Assembly (NCBI RefSeq): GCF_000181795.1
Contig: NW_003526943.1
Location: forward strand, 4,775,710-4,815,326
Length of the DNA stretch: 39,617 nucleotides
From: Trichinella spiralis
Lineage: Eukaryota
Direction of reading: 5' to 3'
Part shown: positions 12,066 to 22,800 of the stretch, piece by piece
Layout: every line of letters starts with the position of its first letter
How positions within the stretch are numbered: the stretch's first letter is position 1
Notes under the pieces: model-generated
Told to the model about the DNA's origin: nothing
The model's database searches: none
The model's input: the letters and a program-made list of their open reading frames with translations, nothing else
Made by a program: the position numbers and the translations under genes

Positions 12066-15000
12066 TTACAGAATTAGCTTCTTAATAAAACAGTGCCACA
12101 ACATGCATATTTTTAATGCCAATCAATATTTCATTTTCTGAAATAGATAAATAATGCAACGATACTGGACACGGCTGATGAATGCCGCTTTAAAATATTT
12201 AAGTAATGTAATTAAATTTTTCATTGGCACATAACTGATCAGCAAGTTTAAGCAAAGAATTTATTAATTTATGTGAAAAAGAATATACCATGAACATTCT
12301 TGGGAAAAGTAATCAATGATTTATATTATTAAAAATTTCGACTTTATTATTTAGTTCACAGTGAAATAAAAAAGCAGATAATTTATATCAAGCAAACGAT
12401 AAATCATGAATTGATTTTAAAGCATTCATTATTTTTATATGAATAATGCAAAACTATTGTACCATTATGTGGATAGATAGTATATTTTCAAATTTTGGAG
12501 AAACTTTTGTTCTTAAAGTGAATGCACATTACTTTTTGCATCTTCATTTATGTAACATTTGTTGTTGTTATGAATAATTAAAAGTAATCTTCATATTTTA
12601 TGATGTTACAACTTTTCATCCTAATGTAATTTTTTCAGGGATTGATGAATGTTTGAAGTCCGCAAAGATATGAAGATTTATTTTTGAAACGTGAAAGTAT
12701 TGTTCAATACTTTGGTTAAATACGCTACTAACTCACATATACGATAAAAATAAATCTAAAAAATATGCTATGAAACAGTAATAAAAATTTCATTTTTCAA
12801 GCATTTATGTTAATACATTTTCTAAAGTAACAGATGCATTATCGAAAATTTTGCATTTCATCAAAACCTTTTTATTTTAACTTAGCTCAATTTCAAATAA
12901 ATGCTTTTGAATTTTTATATTTAGCAGTATATATTTAATAACATATAATAACAATCAAATGGACCATTATGATTGTTTTGAATTTTACGGTTGATTGGAG
13001 ACTGTGCATGAATTCATTTTTATTGATGCCATGGAAATATTTATTTATTCAGTTTGAGGTTAAATTAAAATAATAAAACTTTATTTTATAAAAGACGCCA
13101 AATTTTCGAAATATGAATATTCAAATAACTTGCTGTGGAAATTAAAAAATAATATTTTCTAAGGATTTCAACACTTTAGCATTTTATTAATTTTTAATAG
13201 TAATATTTAAATAATAATGTGAATTCAAATCAACTGTAAAAGCATTTTATGCAGGTTTGTTCCAAATTCATCCTTCATCCAGAATGATGCACTGTAAGTT
13301 TTGATGCAAATGAAATTCAAACTTAAGATATAGAATATTTTGTAAATTTACGTGTTCCTTATATCTGCTGCTAATTATGATAAAAGCAACGTTTGAAATG
13401 GATTTATGACTGCAGAAAATAGTTTACAAATTTTTAGTCGCTAACTTGTACTTTTCAGCCAAACTGAAAATCAGCTTTTGTATTCAGCAACTAACGTATC
13501 AGGACCAGATAGATGATTGTTGAATTGAAATGAAATAGATGCAAAAATTAAAAGTTGAAAGCAAACGGATATTTCCCAACAGAGTGGATATTGACTTGAC
13601 ATGGTATGATGAAAGTCATCAATTGAAGAAGTTACAGATAGATCAAACAACAATGCCATTCTGACTGTGTGCTGAAATAAAGGTAATTAACAGGGCTGAC
13701 TATCGATTAACAAGGTACGTTTATTTTCTGAGCAATAAAATATTTATGGTTATCCAGTTGAATGACGTGCGCGCCGTTTCGTTTCCATGCAACGTCAGAA
13801 CGTTATTCTTACTGAATTACATACAGTAAGTTTATTACTCTTGAACAACAGCCAGCCTGTGAATGATTGGTTGGATATTGGTAAAATGAAAGTGCAAACA
13901 ATGAGAATATGGCCGGTCACCATCGTCGCAGTGTCAAAACGCAGGCGAGCGTATTTCCGTTGAATCGTCCTCAGCTCTGCACTGCTTCATAGGATGCACC
14001 AATCAGATCTGCAACAGTTATTGACTCACCAACTAACTACACTTTGCAAATTGTCCTCTGCATAGCTGGTCTTGTGCTGATGAAATTTTTATGAAACATT
14101 TGTGCTTGCATAATAGTTGAACAAAAAATTTTCCAACGACAACGTTTTCACATGCTAATTATGTCCCGCTGTTGCCAAGCGATTCTACGGACAGTTAGCC
14201 AACTAACCAACCAAACGGCATGTGGATTTTATGAACCATACCAGATCGAAGCAATTAATGTGATCATGTTAAAAATAAAAATAACAATTTTCTACCAATT
14301 TAACATGCTCCGGTCATCAAATATTTAAATCTTTACAAGAAAAATGATAATTGCTCCATCTCAAATTTATCACCTTAAATTCTGCATGTTGAATGTAAAC
14401 CATCCCCTTGGCTTGCAGGTTTCGCTATGAAAGAAACAGGAAATGTCAAGAAATCTTTTGAATTTACAATAATACTTTTCATCTAATGCAGACAGTTCTG
14501 ATGAATACATTACAATATTATCCAGTCATAATTGCTTGTAAATTTTTAATCTGCTGTTATTATACTTATATAATGATGTCAAATTTACTGAATCAACGAA
14601 CGACCATAGCTGATTTTCATTCTTCTATAAATAATTAGTAATAAAAAATTGCAAACATCTGTAATGTTCGCGGTCATGGATTTTTAAAATCCCTATTAAA
14701 AAACGTTTATGATCATTCAAATTTAATTAATGATGCTCGATGAATCCTATATTCAAATTTAATAAATAGTGACATTGAAGCATTTTTATATGAGTATTTT
14801 AAAAAATATTTTATCATTAAACTGAAAAGGATTCTAAAAATTCTTCAGTTCTGATCAAAAATTATTGATTTTTCATATATTATTAAGATTGTAAATAATA
14901 AATGGTGTTCGAAGATTTGTTTCAAATGCAATAACAAATTCTCTTTCATTGTTCATGCTTGTGAACTTTTGTTTATACGTAATAAGTGATGATATGATCA

Positions 15001-16632
15001 CAAAATAACAATTTTTGAACAAAAACAAAAATCTCCATGTTCTAATATTTTTTAAATTTCAGAAAGGATCATTTTAATTATTTACATTTACTAATATGCA
15101 TTAAACATTAATAAAAACAAAAGTAATCCAATTTTTTCTGCTACATTTATAATATTTTTTGTTTCTGCTTCTCTTAATATTATTCTGATATTTTCTGCAT
15201 GTAGAAACACTTAATTGTAATCTTTTCGACACTAAAAAGTACAAATTTAAATGTTTACGAACTTTAAGATCAATAATTAAATTTATAATACTACTGTAAA
15301 CTGACTTAAGTATTTTTGTTTCACAAATTTTAAGTCGGTAATTTTTGTAAAATGCAAAAAAAATATTTATTTATATGTTTACCATTCGCTTTTGTATAAA
15401 GTTAAGCCTCTGCTATATTTTATGTTAATTAACAAATTCAAAATCTAGGTGTCATCATTTGCAATGCATTTAAAAAACAAATGAAATAATATATTCTAAA
15501 AAGAGTGTATTAAAAAATTTTAATGTTATAACAGAATAACATAAATTATATACAAACGTAGAAAAAATAATAACCAAAATAATTTTAATTTAGTGATTGA
15601 ATAGAGCAATTCCTTATCAAATAAAAGTTTAATTGAAAAGTTTACATGTTGAGGTGGAAAAGTATTATATTTTTTCTTCTGATACGTGATAATAGTATAA
15701 AATGTTTTGTGAAACTTTTCAAAAATCCAACTGGACAGTCAATTTTCCACTGCTATTAATTTCGCAATTGCGCTTTCAAAATATTTACACTTATGTCAAT
15801 CAAAATATAATTTTATTTTCGATAATAAAACAGATTATTATGTGATTTTGTCAGAAAAATTTCACATCATCATCATATACTTAGGATCAAAGAAAAAATA
15901 ATTTTTAAAAATAGGATATAAAGTTGAACAAATGTGGTGCAGATATTATCTTTGCCCTTTAGTAAAGTGTAGTCTGATATTTTAATATGCAAGGTAAAAA
16001 ATCCGTGCAACAGCAAAGAATTTTAAATAGCAAAAAGTCCTGCCAAGGTCATTTTCGAACCAACAAAATTTACTGTCTGAATTGTATATTTTAAAGTTTA
16101 GAATAAAAAATCTACATGAAACTACAAGTTCTGTCTTGCATAAATAATAATAAAACCATACTCTTTTAATATAAAAAAAAGGCTAAAAATTAATATCTCA
16201 GAATCACGGTGTAAACAAAGAAAGTGTTAAGCAAAAGTCTTGTTCTAAAAATTTATTTGCAAAAAAGAAATAACCCTAAAAGTACTGAAGAATGAGCGCT
16301 TATTTTAAGAATATTTTAAATCTGTTAAACAGCACAAATTGCTGGATGCTAAAAAAACGTGAGAACTAAGCAACATAATTTCAAATAAAAATGAATAAGC
16401 TTTCCAATAAACCACTACTTTTGTGCGTAACATGAAACAAGACATCATCCTATTATTAGTGGCATAAATTATTTTGTTGTATTATTTGATGCAAGAATAA
16501 AAGGAAATTCGGAAATTTGTTGCGCACAAAATTATTAATCAATAAAAAATGAACAACAGAAATAATTAATAATTGAACGAGGACGTTTAATAAAATAAAT
16601 ATGCAATCATGCGTTCATTTGACCAAGTTCAA
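12066..16632. repeat. Copy 2 of the ~4.6 kb duplication (partner 1-4567)
   Basis: Colinear, near-identical to 1-4567. Confidence 0.95.
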
Positions 16633-17475
16633 TGTAATAAAAAGTAAAAATAGTGACAAATAATGCAAAAGTACCTCTAGCCAATAAAATGTTTATTTTG
16701 AAGAAATATTTTCAAAACTTGGCTAATTTTGGACTTAGCAAACTTTGCAGACTTGTAGAAACTTATTTCAAAACTTTATTTTCTGACAGACAATATCCAT
16801 TAATTTATCAAATATTTCACCTGACGGAACATCAAATAAATCAATAAAATATCATTTTTAATATATGTCAAAATATCCCTTACCATGAAAAGTAAAAATA
16901 AATTACATTAAATATGAATTGAAATTAAACGTAGATCTTAAAATATTTATGTGAAATTGCTCATGTTGAATTAATATTGCAACGTATTTCAAAATTTCTC
17001 AAAGGCATAAGTAAAAAATTTTCAAAAAACATTTTAAAAAATATTAGTTCGTTGGTAAATGCAATCAATTTGGATGTCAATTAAAAGTGATTTGCCAACC
17101 TTTCATTCAGCTTTAAAATATTATTTTAAAGTGAGAAAAATCTAGATGCGCAACAAAAATGCAAAAATTACCAGTCCACTTCATTAATATATTTGTATAA
17201 TTTTAAGTATTACATTTCACAAATATTTCATCAAAACTGCGATTCTTAAGTCCGTAATAGTATTCATCATTATACTGATCAAAAATTAACACAGTTCATA
17301 GTGACATAAATACAAAATGCTAGTAAAAGTTCAAATTCGAAAACTAACAAAAGTTATATAAAAATGCAAAATTCAACTTAACAAAAAAGTGACATATTTT
17401 TTTCAAAAACGTCAACAACTGACAGAAATATGTCACGAAATAGTTTTGAAAAATTAACCCCCCAAGGAAAACAAT

Positions 17476-17617
17476 TTACTCTTCTTCGTTCATTACTTGG
17501 TCAAGTGCTTCTTTCAACGCTTGCCCTTCTTCGGCCAAAACGCGAAGAAGACGATTCTCTTCACGAAGATATGCTATTCTCGCGAAACTTTTTATTCTCT
17601 TCTAGGGCTGTCTGCAA
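17476..17617 (-). CDS. GMNN: Geminin-like coiled-coil C-terminus (one frameshift near the contig edge)
   Basis: Minus strand reads LQTALEENKKFRE, then in a shifted frame RIAYLREENRLLRVLAEEGQALKEALDQVMNEEE-stop (TAA at 17478-17476). This resembles the geminin coiled coil (AL.EN..L...I..L..EN..L..LAE). It is not in the ORF track. Confidence 0.65.
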
Positions 17618-17627
17618 NNNNNNNNNN

Positions 17628-19205
17628 CACATTTTGCTGCATCATGTGAACAAGTTGCTTGCATTGCCAATGTTTCTGAAGATTATTCAGATTCCGACGC
17701 CTGAGCCGAGTGGACAAATTAAAGAAGGGTTCGCAAAAGCATGCTATTCAACTTCTGACTTGCCGTACAATTTGGGAAGCAGAATAATTGGTCCTCGTGG
17801 CTGCACTGTAAAAGCTATTCAAAAATTATGTGCATGCAGCATCCAGCTGAATTACATAGAAGATAACTTGCTGCAAATCCAGATAGTTGTTGAACCAGAT
17901 TACGAGAGCACTGTGAATTTCAAAATTTGGAGAGCATTTCAAATCATTCATTCTTTGCTTCAATATTATCCTACAGGAAAAGACATGGTGAAAACAATTC
18001 AATTTGATGATTTCAATTTCTATGAAAATCATGTTGAAATCATCAACAATTGTTATACCATTCAACAGCCGCATCATTCTGATATAAATGATGTAACTAC
18101 TGTTTCAAGTGACTATTACTCAGTGGGTAAAAGATTTTCATTGGAAATGCTTAAAGTATTGGAAAAGCAAATGCTGACCTATCACATGAACAACTTGTTA
18201 GTATTGCCAATGTTTCAGAAGATTTTTTGCATTCCACAGCCACCACCAATTGGGAAAGTTCATATAGGATACGCCATGAAGATTTATTCAGCTTCGAACT
18301 ATCCATTTAGCATTTCAAGCAGAATAATCGGTCCTCGCGGTTTAACCATAAAAGTTATTCAGACACTTTGTAAATGCCGCATTCATCTACGATGGAAAGA
18401 AATCAACGTTTTGCAAATAGAAGTGTTCACTGAGAAAAATTTTAGAAGCATTGTAGATTTTACAATTTGGAAAGCATTTGAATGCATTAATCGTTTACTT
18501 GAAATTCCTCCCACTGAAGAAGATGCGGTAAAAGCAATTCAATACAACGATTTGGAATTCTATAAAAACCAGTATAAATTGTTCAAGAGTCGCTGTCCCA
18601 TTCAATATCTGCATCATTCTGATACAGATTCTGTGAATGATCTGTTAAGTGAGAAGAATTATGAAACGATGCAAAATGTACTGAATATGTTCACAAAGCT
18701 TGAAGAAAATCTACTGCTTTACCATATGAAGAATTTGTTATCATTGCCAGAGTTGCAGAATGTTCTTCACGCTCCGCCTCCTCAACCAAGTGGAGAAACA
18801 GAAAAAATAGATTCTATTAAAATGTATTCAACTTGGCGCTGTCCATTTGATATTGGAAGTAGAATAATTGGTCCTCATGGTTTTACCGTAAAAGCGATCG
18901 AAAAAATTTGTGAATGCCGTATCCATGTGGAATATGAAAAAGAGCATACATGGAGAGTTACAGTGCGTGCCGAGAATGATGTGCTTAGCACATTGAACTT
19001 CAGAATTTGGAAATCATTTGAATGTATTGATTATTTGCTTAAAATTTATCCGTACGATGAAGACAACGTGAATGTAATTCAACGTGCTGATTTGCATTTT
19101 TGGGAACGTCAGATGGAAATCATCTTCAACAGTTTACCCGTTCTCCTTTCTCATGAACAGCTCCTTAATGAACATGCCGTGGAAAGCTCGCCACAATCAG
19201 AATGA
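17628..19205 (+). CDS. Intronless RNA-binding protein with three tandem STAR-like KH-QUA2 modules (5' end lies in the gap)
   Basis: SRIIGPRG/SRIIGPRG/SRIIGPHG GxxG loops at 17790, 18330 and 18870 (period exactly 540 nt). Each is preceded by a P.P.G segment and followed by a D.VK.IQ..DL helix, as in the Quaking/GLD-1/SF1 KH-QUA2 module. Stop TGA at 19203-19205. Confidence 0.88.
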   Translation, partial: HILLHHVNKLLALPMFLKIIQIPTPEPSGQIKEGFAKACYSTSDLPYNLGSRIIGPRGCTVKAIQKLCACSIQLNYIEDNLLQIQIVVEPDYESTVNFKIWRAFQIIHSLLQYYPTGKDMVKTIQFDDFNFYENHVEIINNCYTIQQPHHSDINDVTTVSSDYYSVGKRFSLEMLKVLEKQMLTYHMNNLLVLPMFQKIFCIPQPPPIGKVHIGYAMKIYSASNYPFSISSRIIGPRGLTIKVIQTLCKCRIHLRWKEINVLQIEVFTEKNFRSIVDFTIWKAFECINRLLEIPPTEEDAVKAIQYNDLEFYKNQYKLFKSRCPIQYLHHSDTDSVNDLLSEKNYETMQNVLNMFTKLEENLLLYHMKNLLSLPELQNVLHAPPPQPSGETEKIDSIKMYSTWRCPFDIGSRIIGPHGFTVKAIEKICECRIHVEYEKEHTWRVTVRAENDVLSTLNFRIWKSFECIDYLLKIYPYDEDNVNVIQRADLHFWERQMEIIFNSLPVLLSHEQLLNEHAVESSPQSE

Positions 19206-19599
19206 AGCACCACGCCATTTGCTGCTTCCAGTAAAAAATGCCGATGCAGCAAAAGAGCAAACATGCAATTATATTTATAAGTTTTAACTGTTTTGATGTT
19301 GCTGTCATTTTTTGTGAATGAAACAACATAATTGATCTACTGATCCAACAGTTTCTGTTGCACATTTCATTAATAATTTCATTCATAATTTTTTAAATGT
19401 TATTATCATATTGTCAAAAGTTTATGAATTTTCTTACTCCTATAGTGCTTAAATTTTCATTCTAATTTGGCATAAAACTTCATCAACATTTTGCTTATTT
19501 CTTAATTTAAATTGCTTTTTGGTAATTTATAAGGTAAAAAATAAAATTCATATTTTTTCTGGTGTTTTGTTATTGCTGCATAATGTCTCAAAATACTCT

Positions 19600-20332
19600 T
19601 CGGTAAGATGTTGTATTGGGTTGCGACATCACGTTGCAGAAATCCCACAGCGGCTGCATAGCCATGTAAGTCACACGCTGACTTCCACTAATGGTAGCCT
19701 TTGAATAACCGACGGAAGAAGTGGTGACGAAATGTGCGGTCTGTCCAAGGATGACAAGGAAACCATTTGATCAGTTGATGAACGCCCTGCCGCTTGAAGG
19801 AACTGAACCAGCAGTAGGAATTGACTTTGATTCTCCCATTCTGCCAGAGGTGATGGTGCCTCCTATTGTTTAATAAAATGTTGGTGTGCGTTTTTATGTG
19901 AATGTCTGTTAGGTGCAATCATCTCGAGCTAGTAGAGGATATAACGGTGGATAACTTTCTTAGGGCATTGTGCTGGTTCATCTTGCTACGTGATCGTTCC
20001 AAGTTAATGCCATCGGACAACTTCCGCAGTTTCCATCTGACCAGCTGATTTTTGAAACCGCTGTTTTACAGCCACAAGTAGAAGATGTTCTAAGATGCTG
20101 TGGCACTGGAGAGAATTGAATAAAATTTGACTGTGGACTGGCGCCGTGGTGTGATGGAGCGCTTGGTGAGTTCTGTCAAAGTCTTGTACCGCAAGTTCTT
20201 CGGCTGTTGCCGTGCAAAACCTGATGAACTTCGCATGTTGTTGTATGATGTCGAGGCGAAAAAAAACGATCGCCAGTTGACCATCGTGAGTGACAGATCA
20301 GATGACCAGCTACTGCTGGCGTCGGCACACTT
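19600..20332 (+). mobile_element. Decayed BEL/Pao integrase region
   Basis: Motifs KPFDQLMNALP, VGIDFDSP, HLELVEDITVDNFLRAL, SDNFRSF, ERLVSSVK, ELRMLLYDVEAKKNDRQLT occur in Pao integrase order, with stops and frameshifts. Confidence 0.88.
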
Positions 20333-20795
20333 AGGCGGTGGAGTGCCTCGGCATATTGCTGGCAAGCTGTTTAACTATATGTATACCACTGCTTCCATTC
20401 TACGTGTGGAAAATGCAGAATATGACGCTCCAATGGTATGCTAAATTATTATAATTCTATGTTGTAGGGCAATTTATGTAATGATGCATCGCAAACATGG
20501 TAAACATACTGTATGATTTATTTTGGCTGGACTGGGTTATGGTTTGCCGCTTTCTCGACTGTGTGCTCAGTTTTTTTAGGGGATTTATTTCTATTCTCAA
20601 TGGAAGGATATGGAACAGATGCATGCCTATATTTGAAAGTTTCATTTGAACCATTTATTTATTTTATCTTTATGTTCAACATTATTTTATTTTAAGGCAT
20701 CTGCAGTTGACGCTAGCGAGATGCTGCCATGATTTTCTTTTCGTTCCAAAAAAATGTATGAAAGCAATGAAAAAGGTCCTGATTGGTCAGGTTAA
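20333..20795 (+). pseudogene. PDK: Truncated PDK pseudogene (part of exon 9 plus exons 10-11)
   Basis: Compared with the full copy: acceptor AG>TG at 20524, 1-nt deletion at ~20568-20577 creating TAG, Trp TGG>TGA at 20730-20732, and exons 1-8 absent. Confidence 0.9.
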
Positions 20796-21119
20796 TTTTT
20801 CTTCTGCTACTTAGTACACTTATCTTTTGTAGCGTTTTATTTGAAACTGATTGTAAAATTCTAGTTTTATTAACTAATTTTCAAAATTTGTTGTTAAAAT
20901 AACTGATAATTAGAATACACATTTGCCGTTCATTTTCCCTTTCAATGTGTTCCAGATTGTAGAATTTTTCCTACTATTATTATTATTATTATTATACTGT
21001 GTGAAATTGTCATTGGAATAGTTTTATAATTAAATTTTTTCATTCTACTTGCGATAAAGTACACAATATGTGCATGTGAAAGAGCAAATAGTTGAGAGAG
21101 AATGTCGATGTACTTGAGT

Positions 21120-21854
21120 TTACTTGAGCATTTCTTGAGAAACCGAACATTTGACACGTGGTGGCTTCATGCCTAGCGTGTCGTACTTGAAACGCATGTA
21201 AGCTACGATAATTCGATCAAAAATATTCTGCCAAGAGTCCATCGCTGGCCTAACATCCATGAGGCTAAACTGACCTGTTTCTGGGTTCACTTTTCCACCA
21301 TCGTAATAATCGATCACGTAATGCACTTCTTTACCGCAACGGTCTACGATCCAATCGTGACGGTCGAACGGCAGCTCGTAACCAAGGGCCCGACGAATTC
21401 GAGCTCGTGGCGTATATTTACTGGCATCGCCCCTGAAGCTCTTCAACTTGGGACAGTCGCACTCTTTGAAATGCAAAGCTTCCCAACGCAATATTTCACG
21501 CCAAGCTTGTTCGTTGTTGCTGTTGTGAATGCGAATAATGCTGTCCATGTCATCAGGCTGGATGTCGGATTCTTTCCATTGCCAGCCTTTGCGGAGCATT
21601 GCGTTCCAGAACATCTGCGCCGATGGATACATCCAATTTTCATTGGAACCCGCTTTCGGAATGGAAGACAACTCTCTTTCTGTGGATAAAGGAAACGGCT
21701 GGTCCGGTGCGGGCTGTTGATTTTCTGGTGGCATCATGTTTGCCGGATCTAAGCTATCATCCGATTTCATTGGACAGCCAGAGCTACTTTTCTTCTGCAT
21801 CGGGCAACCGGACGTTGACTTTGGTTCGTTGAGATTGGACTCAGATGCGCCCAT
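21120..21854 (-). CDS. HCCS: Holocytochrome c synthase (cytochrome c heme lyase), intact, single coding exon, 244 aa
   Basis: MGASES start directly after a tacag acceptor, two CPM heme-regulatory motifs, and conserved [57 protein letters not shown]. Confidence 0.96.
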   Translation of the reverse strand: MGASESNLNEPKSTSGCPMQKKSSSGCPMKSDDSLDPANMMPPENQQPAPDQPFPLSTERELSSIPKAGSNENWMYPSAQMFWNAMLRKGWQWKESDIQPDDMDSIIRIHNSNNEQAWREILRWEALHFKECDCPKLKSFRGDASKYTPRARIRRALGYELPFDRHDWIVDRCGKEVHYVIDYYDGGKVNPETGQFSLMDVRPAMDSWQNIFDRIIVAYMRFKYDTLGMKPPRVKCSVSQEMLK

Positions 21855-22800
21855 CTGTATCAATACAACAACTGCTACAAATATTGAACAATGAATTGTT
21901 CGGAAATAATTTTTCAAACGCACCGTAAAACATAAAAGTAAATAAAGTACACAACTGTTCAAAGTACGCATAAAATAAATTCCTATTCAAAAATGAACAA
22001 CAGTAGGTGCTCATATTGGAAAGCAAAACACGTTGAAATTCTATGCAAGTTCTGCTTAAATAAACAAGAAAGTATAATTTTAGAATAAATAAACTAGAAA
22101 CATATTCACACAATTGCCAGTATAAAAAATATCATAAAGCAGTATTTGATAAATCAGAGGTATACATTTGCGTGAAATCAGAACAAAAAATACGAAACTC
22201 ATGAAATATGATGTGAAAGTAATTTTAGAATCATAAAATTTTAGAATATTTTCTAACATAAAAAAATTATGTACTTTCCTGAACATTACATATAAATAAA
22301 AAAAAGCAACAGTTGCGATTGGAAACAAATTATTAATTACAGCTGTAGTTGGATAAAGTGTTTCGATTTGAAAATTAACCAATTTAAATATCTTTTTTTA
22401 AAATTAATATTAAAACGTACTTAATTCATCTTCTTTTTCAAAAGAAACAAATAAATCAAGGCGAAACTTTTGACTGATAAGAACTGTAAATATTGCTACA
22501 GTATCCAATCAGCAGGTACAGTTAGTATATTAAAAGAAATAAAGGTTTAAAAATGCCAAATTTAAAAAATTAAAACGATTTTTTTGTTTAATTAATATTT
22601 TTTTATTATTTCACAAATTCATTTTCAATATAAATGATTAAATCTTGAGTTTTTTTAGATTACTGTTTTTGTTGCGTAATGTTTGCAAAGTGCAGTGAAT
22701 CATGCATCTTTGCGACTGGACTGTTGTTGTCGTTGAATGCTTGAGTTTTTACTGAAATTATTACGCTTAATAAGCGTCGTTTATTTAGCATAGCTTTAAA

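Larger units (their letters stand above)
20333..21884. repeat. Copy A of a 1.55 kb segmental duplication (PDK 3' end + HCCS); partner 36366-37923
   Basis: Colinear from aggcggtggagtgcctcgg to actgctacaaatat, with introns included. Unique flanks on both sides of both copies, and no N-gap at the junctions. Confidence 0.95.

Noticed and set aside
17430..17627. N-terminal ~66 aa of the 591-aa ORF as the true start of the KH protein
   Set aside because: It is joined across a 10-N placeholder gap, and the left side reads better as the geminin-like C-terminus on the opposite strand.
5750..20332. Pao gag-protease and integrase fragments as one large element carrying the genes between them
   Set aside because: They are on opposite strands and different contigs, with no paired LTRs or target-site duplication.
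21321..21832. Antisense ORFs over HCCS that recur at 37361-37857
   Set aside because: Their recurrence merely reflects the DNA duplication.
21855..21971. 39-aa hydrophobic N-terminal extension of HCCS in the ORF track
   Set aside because: AT-rich intron- or outron-like sequence ending in a tacag acceptor. MGASES at 21854 is the family-typical start.
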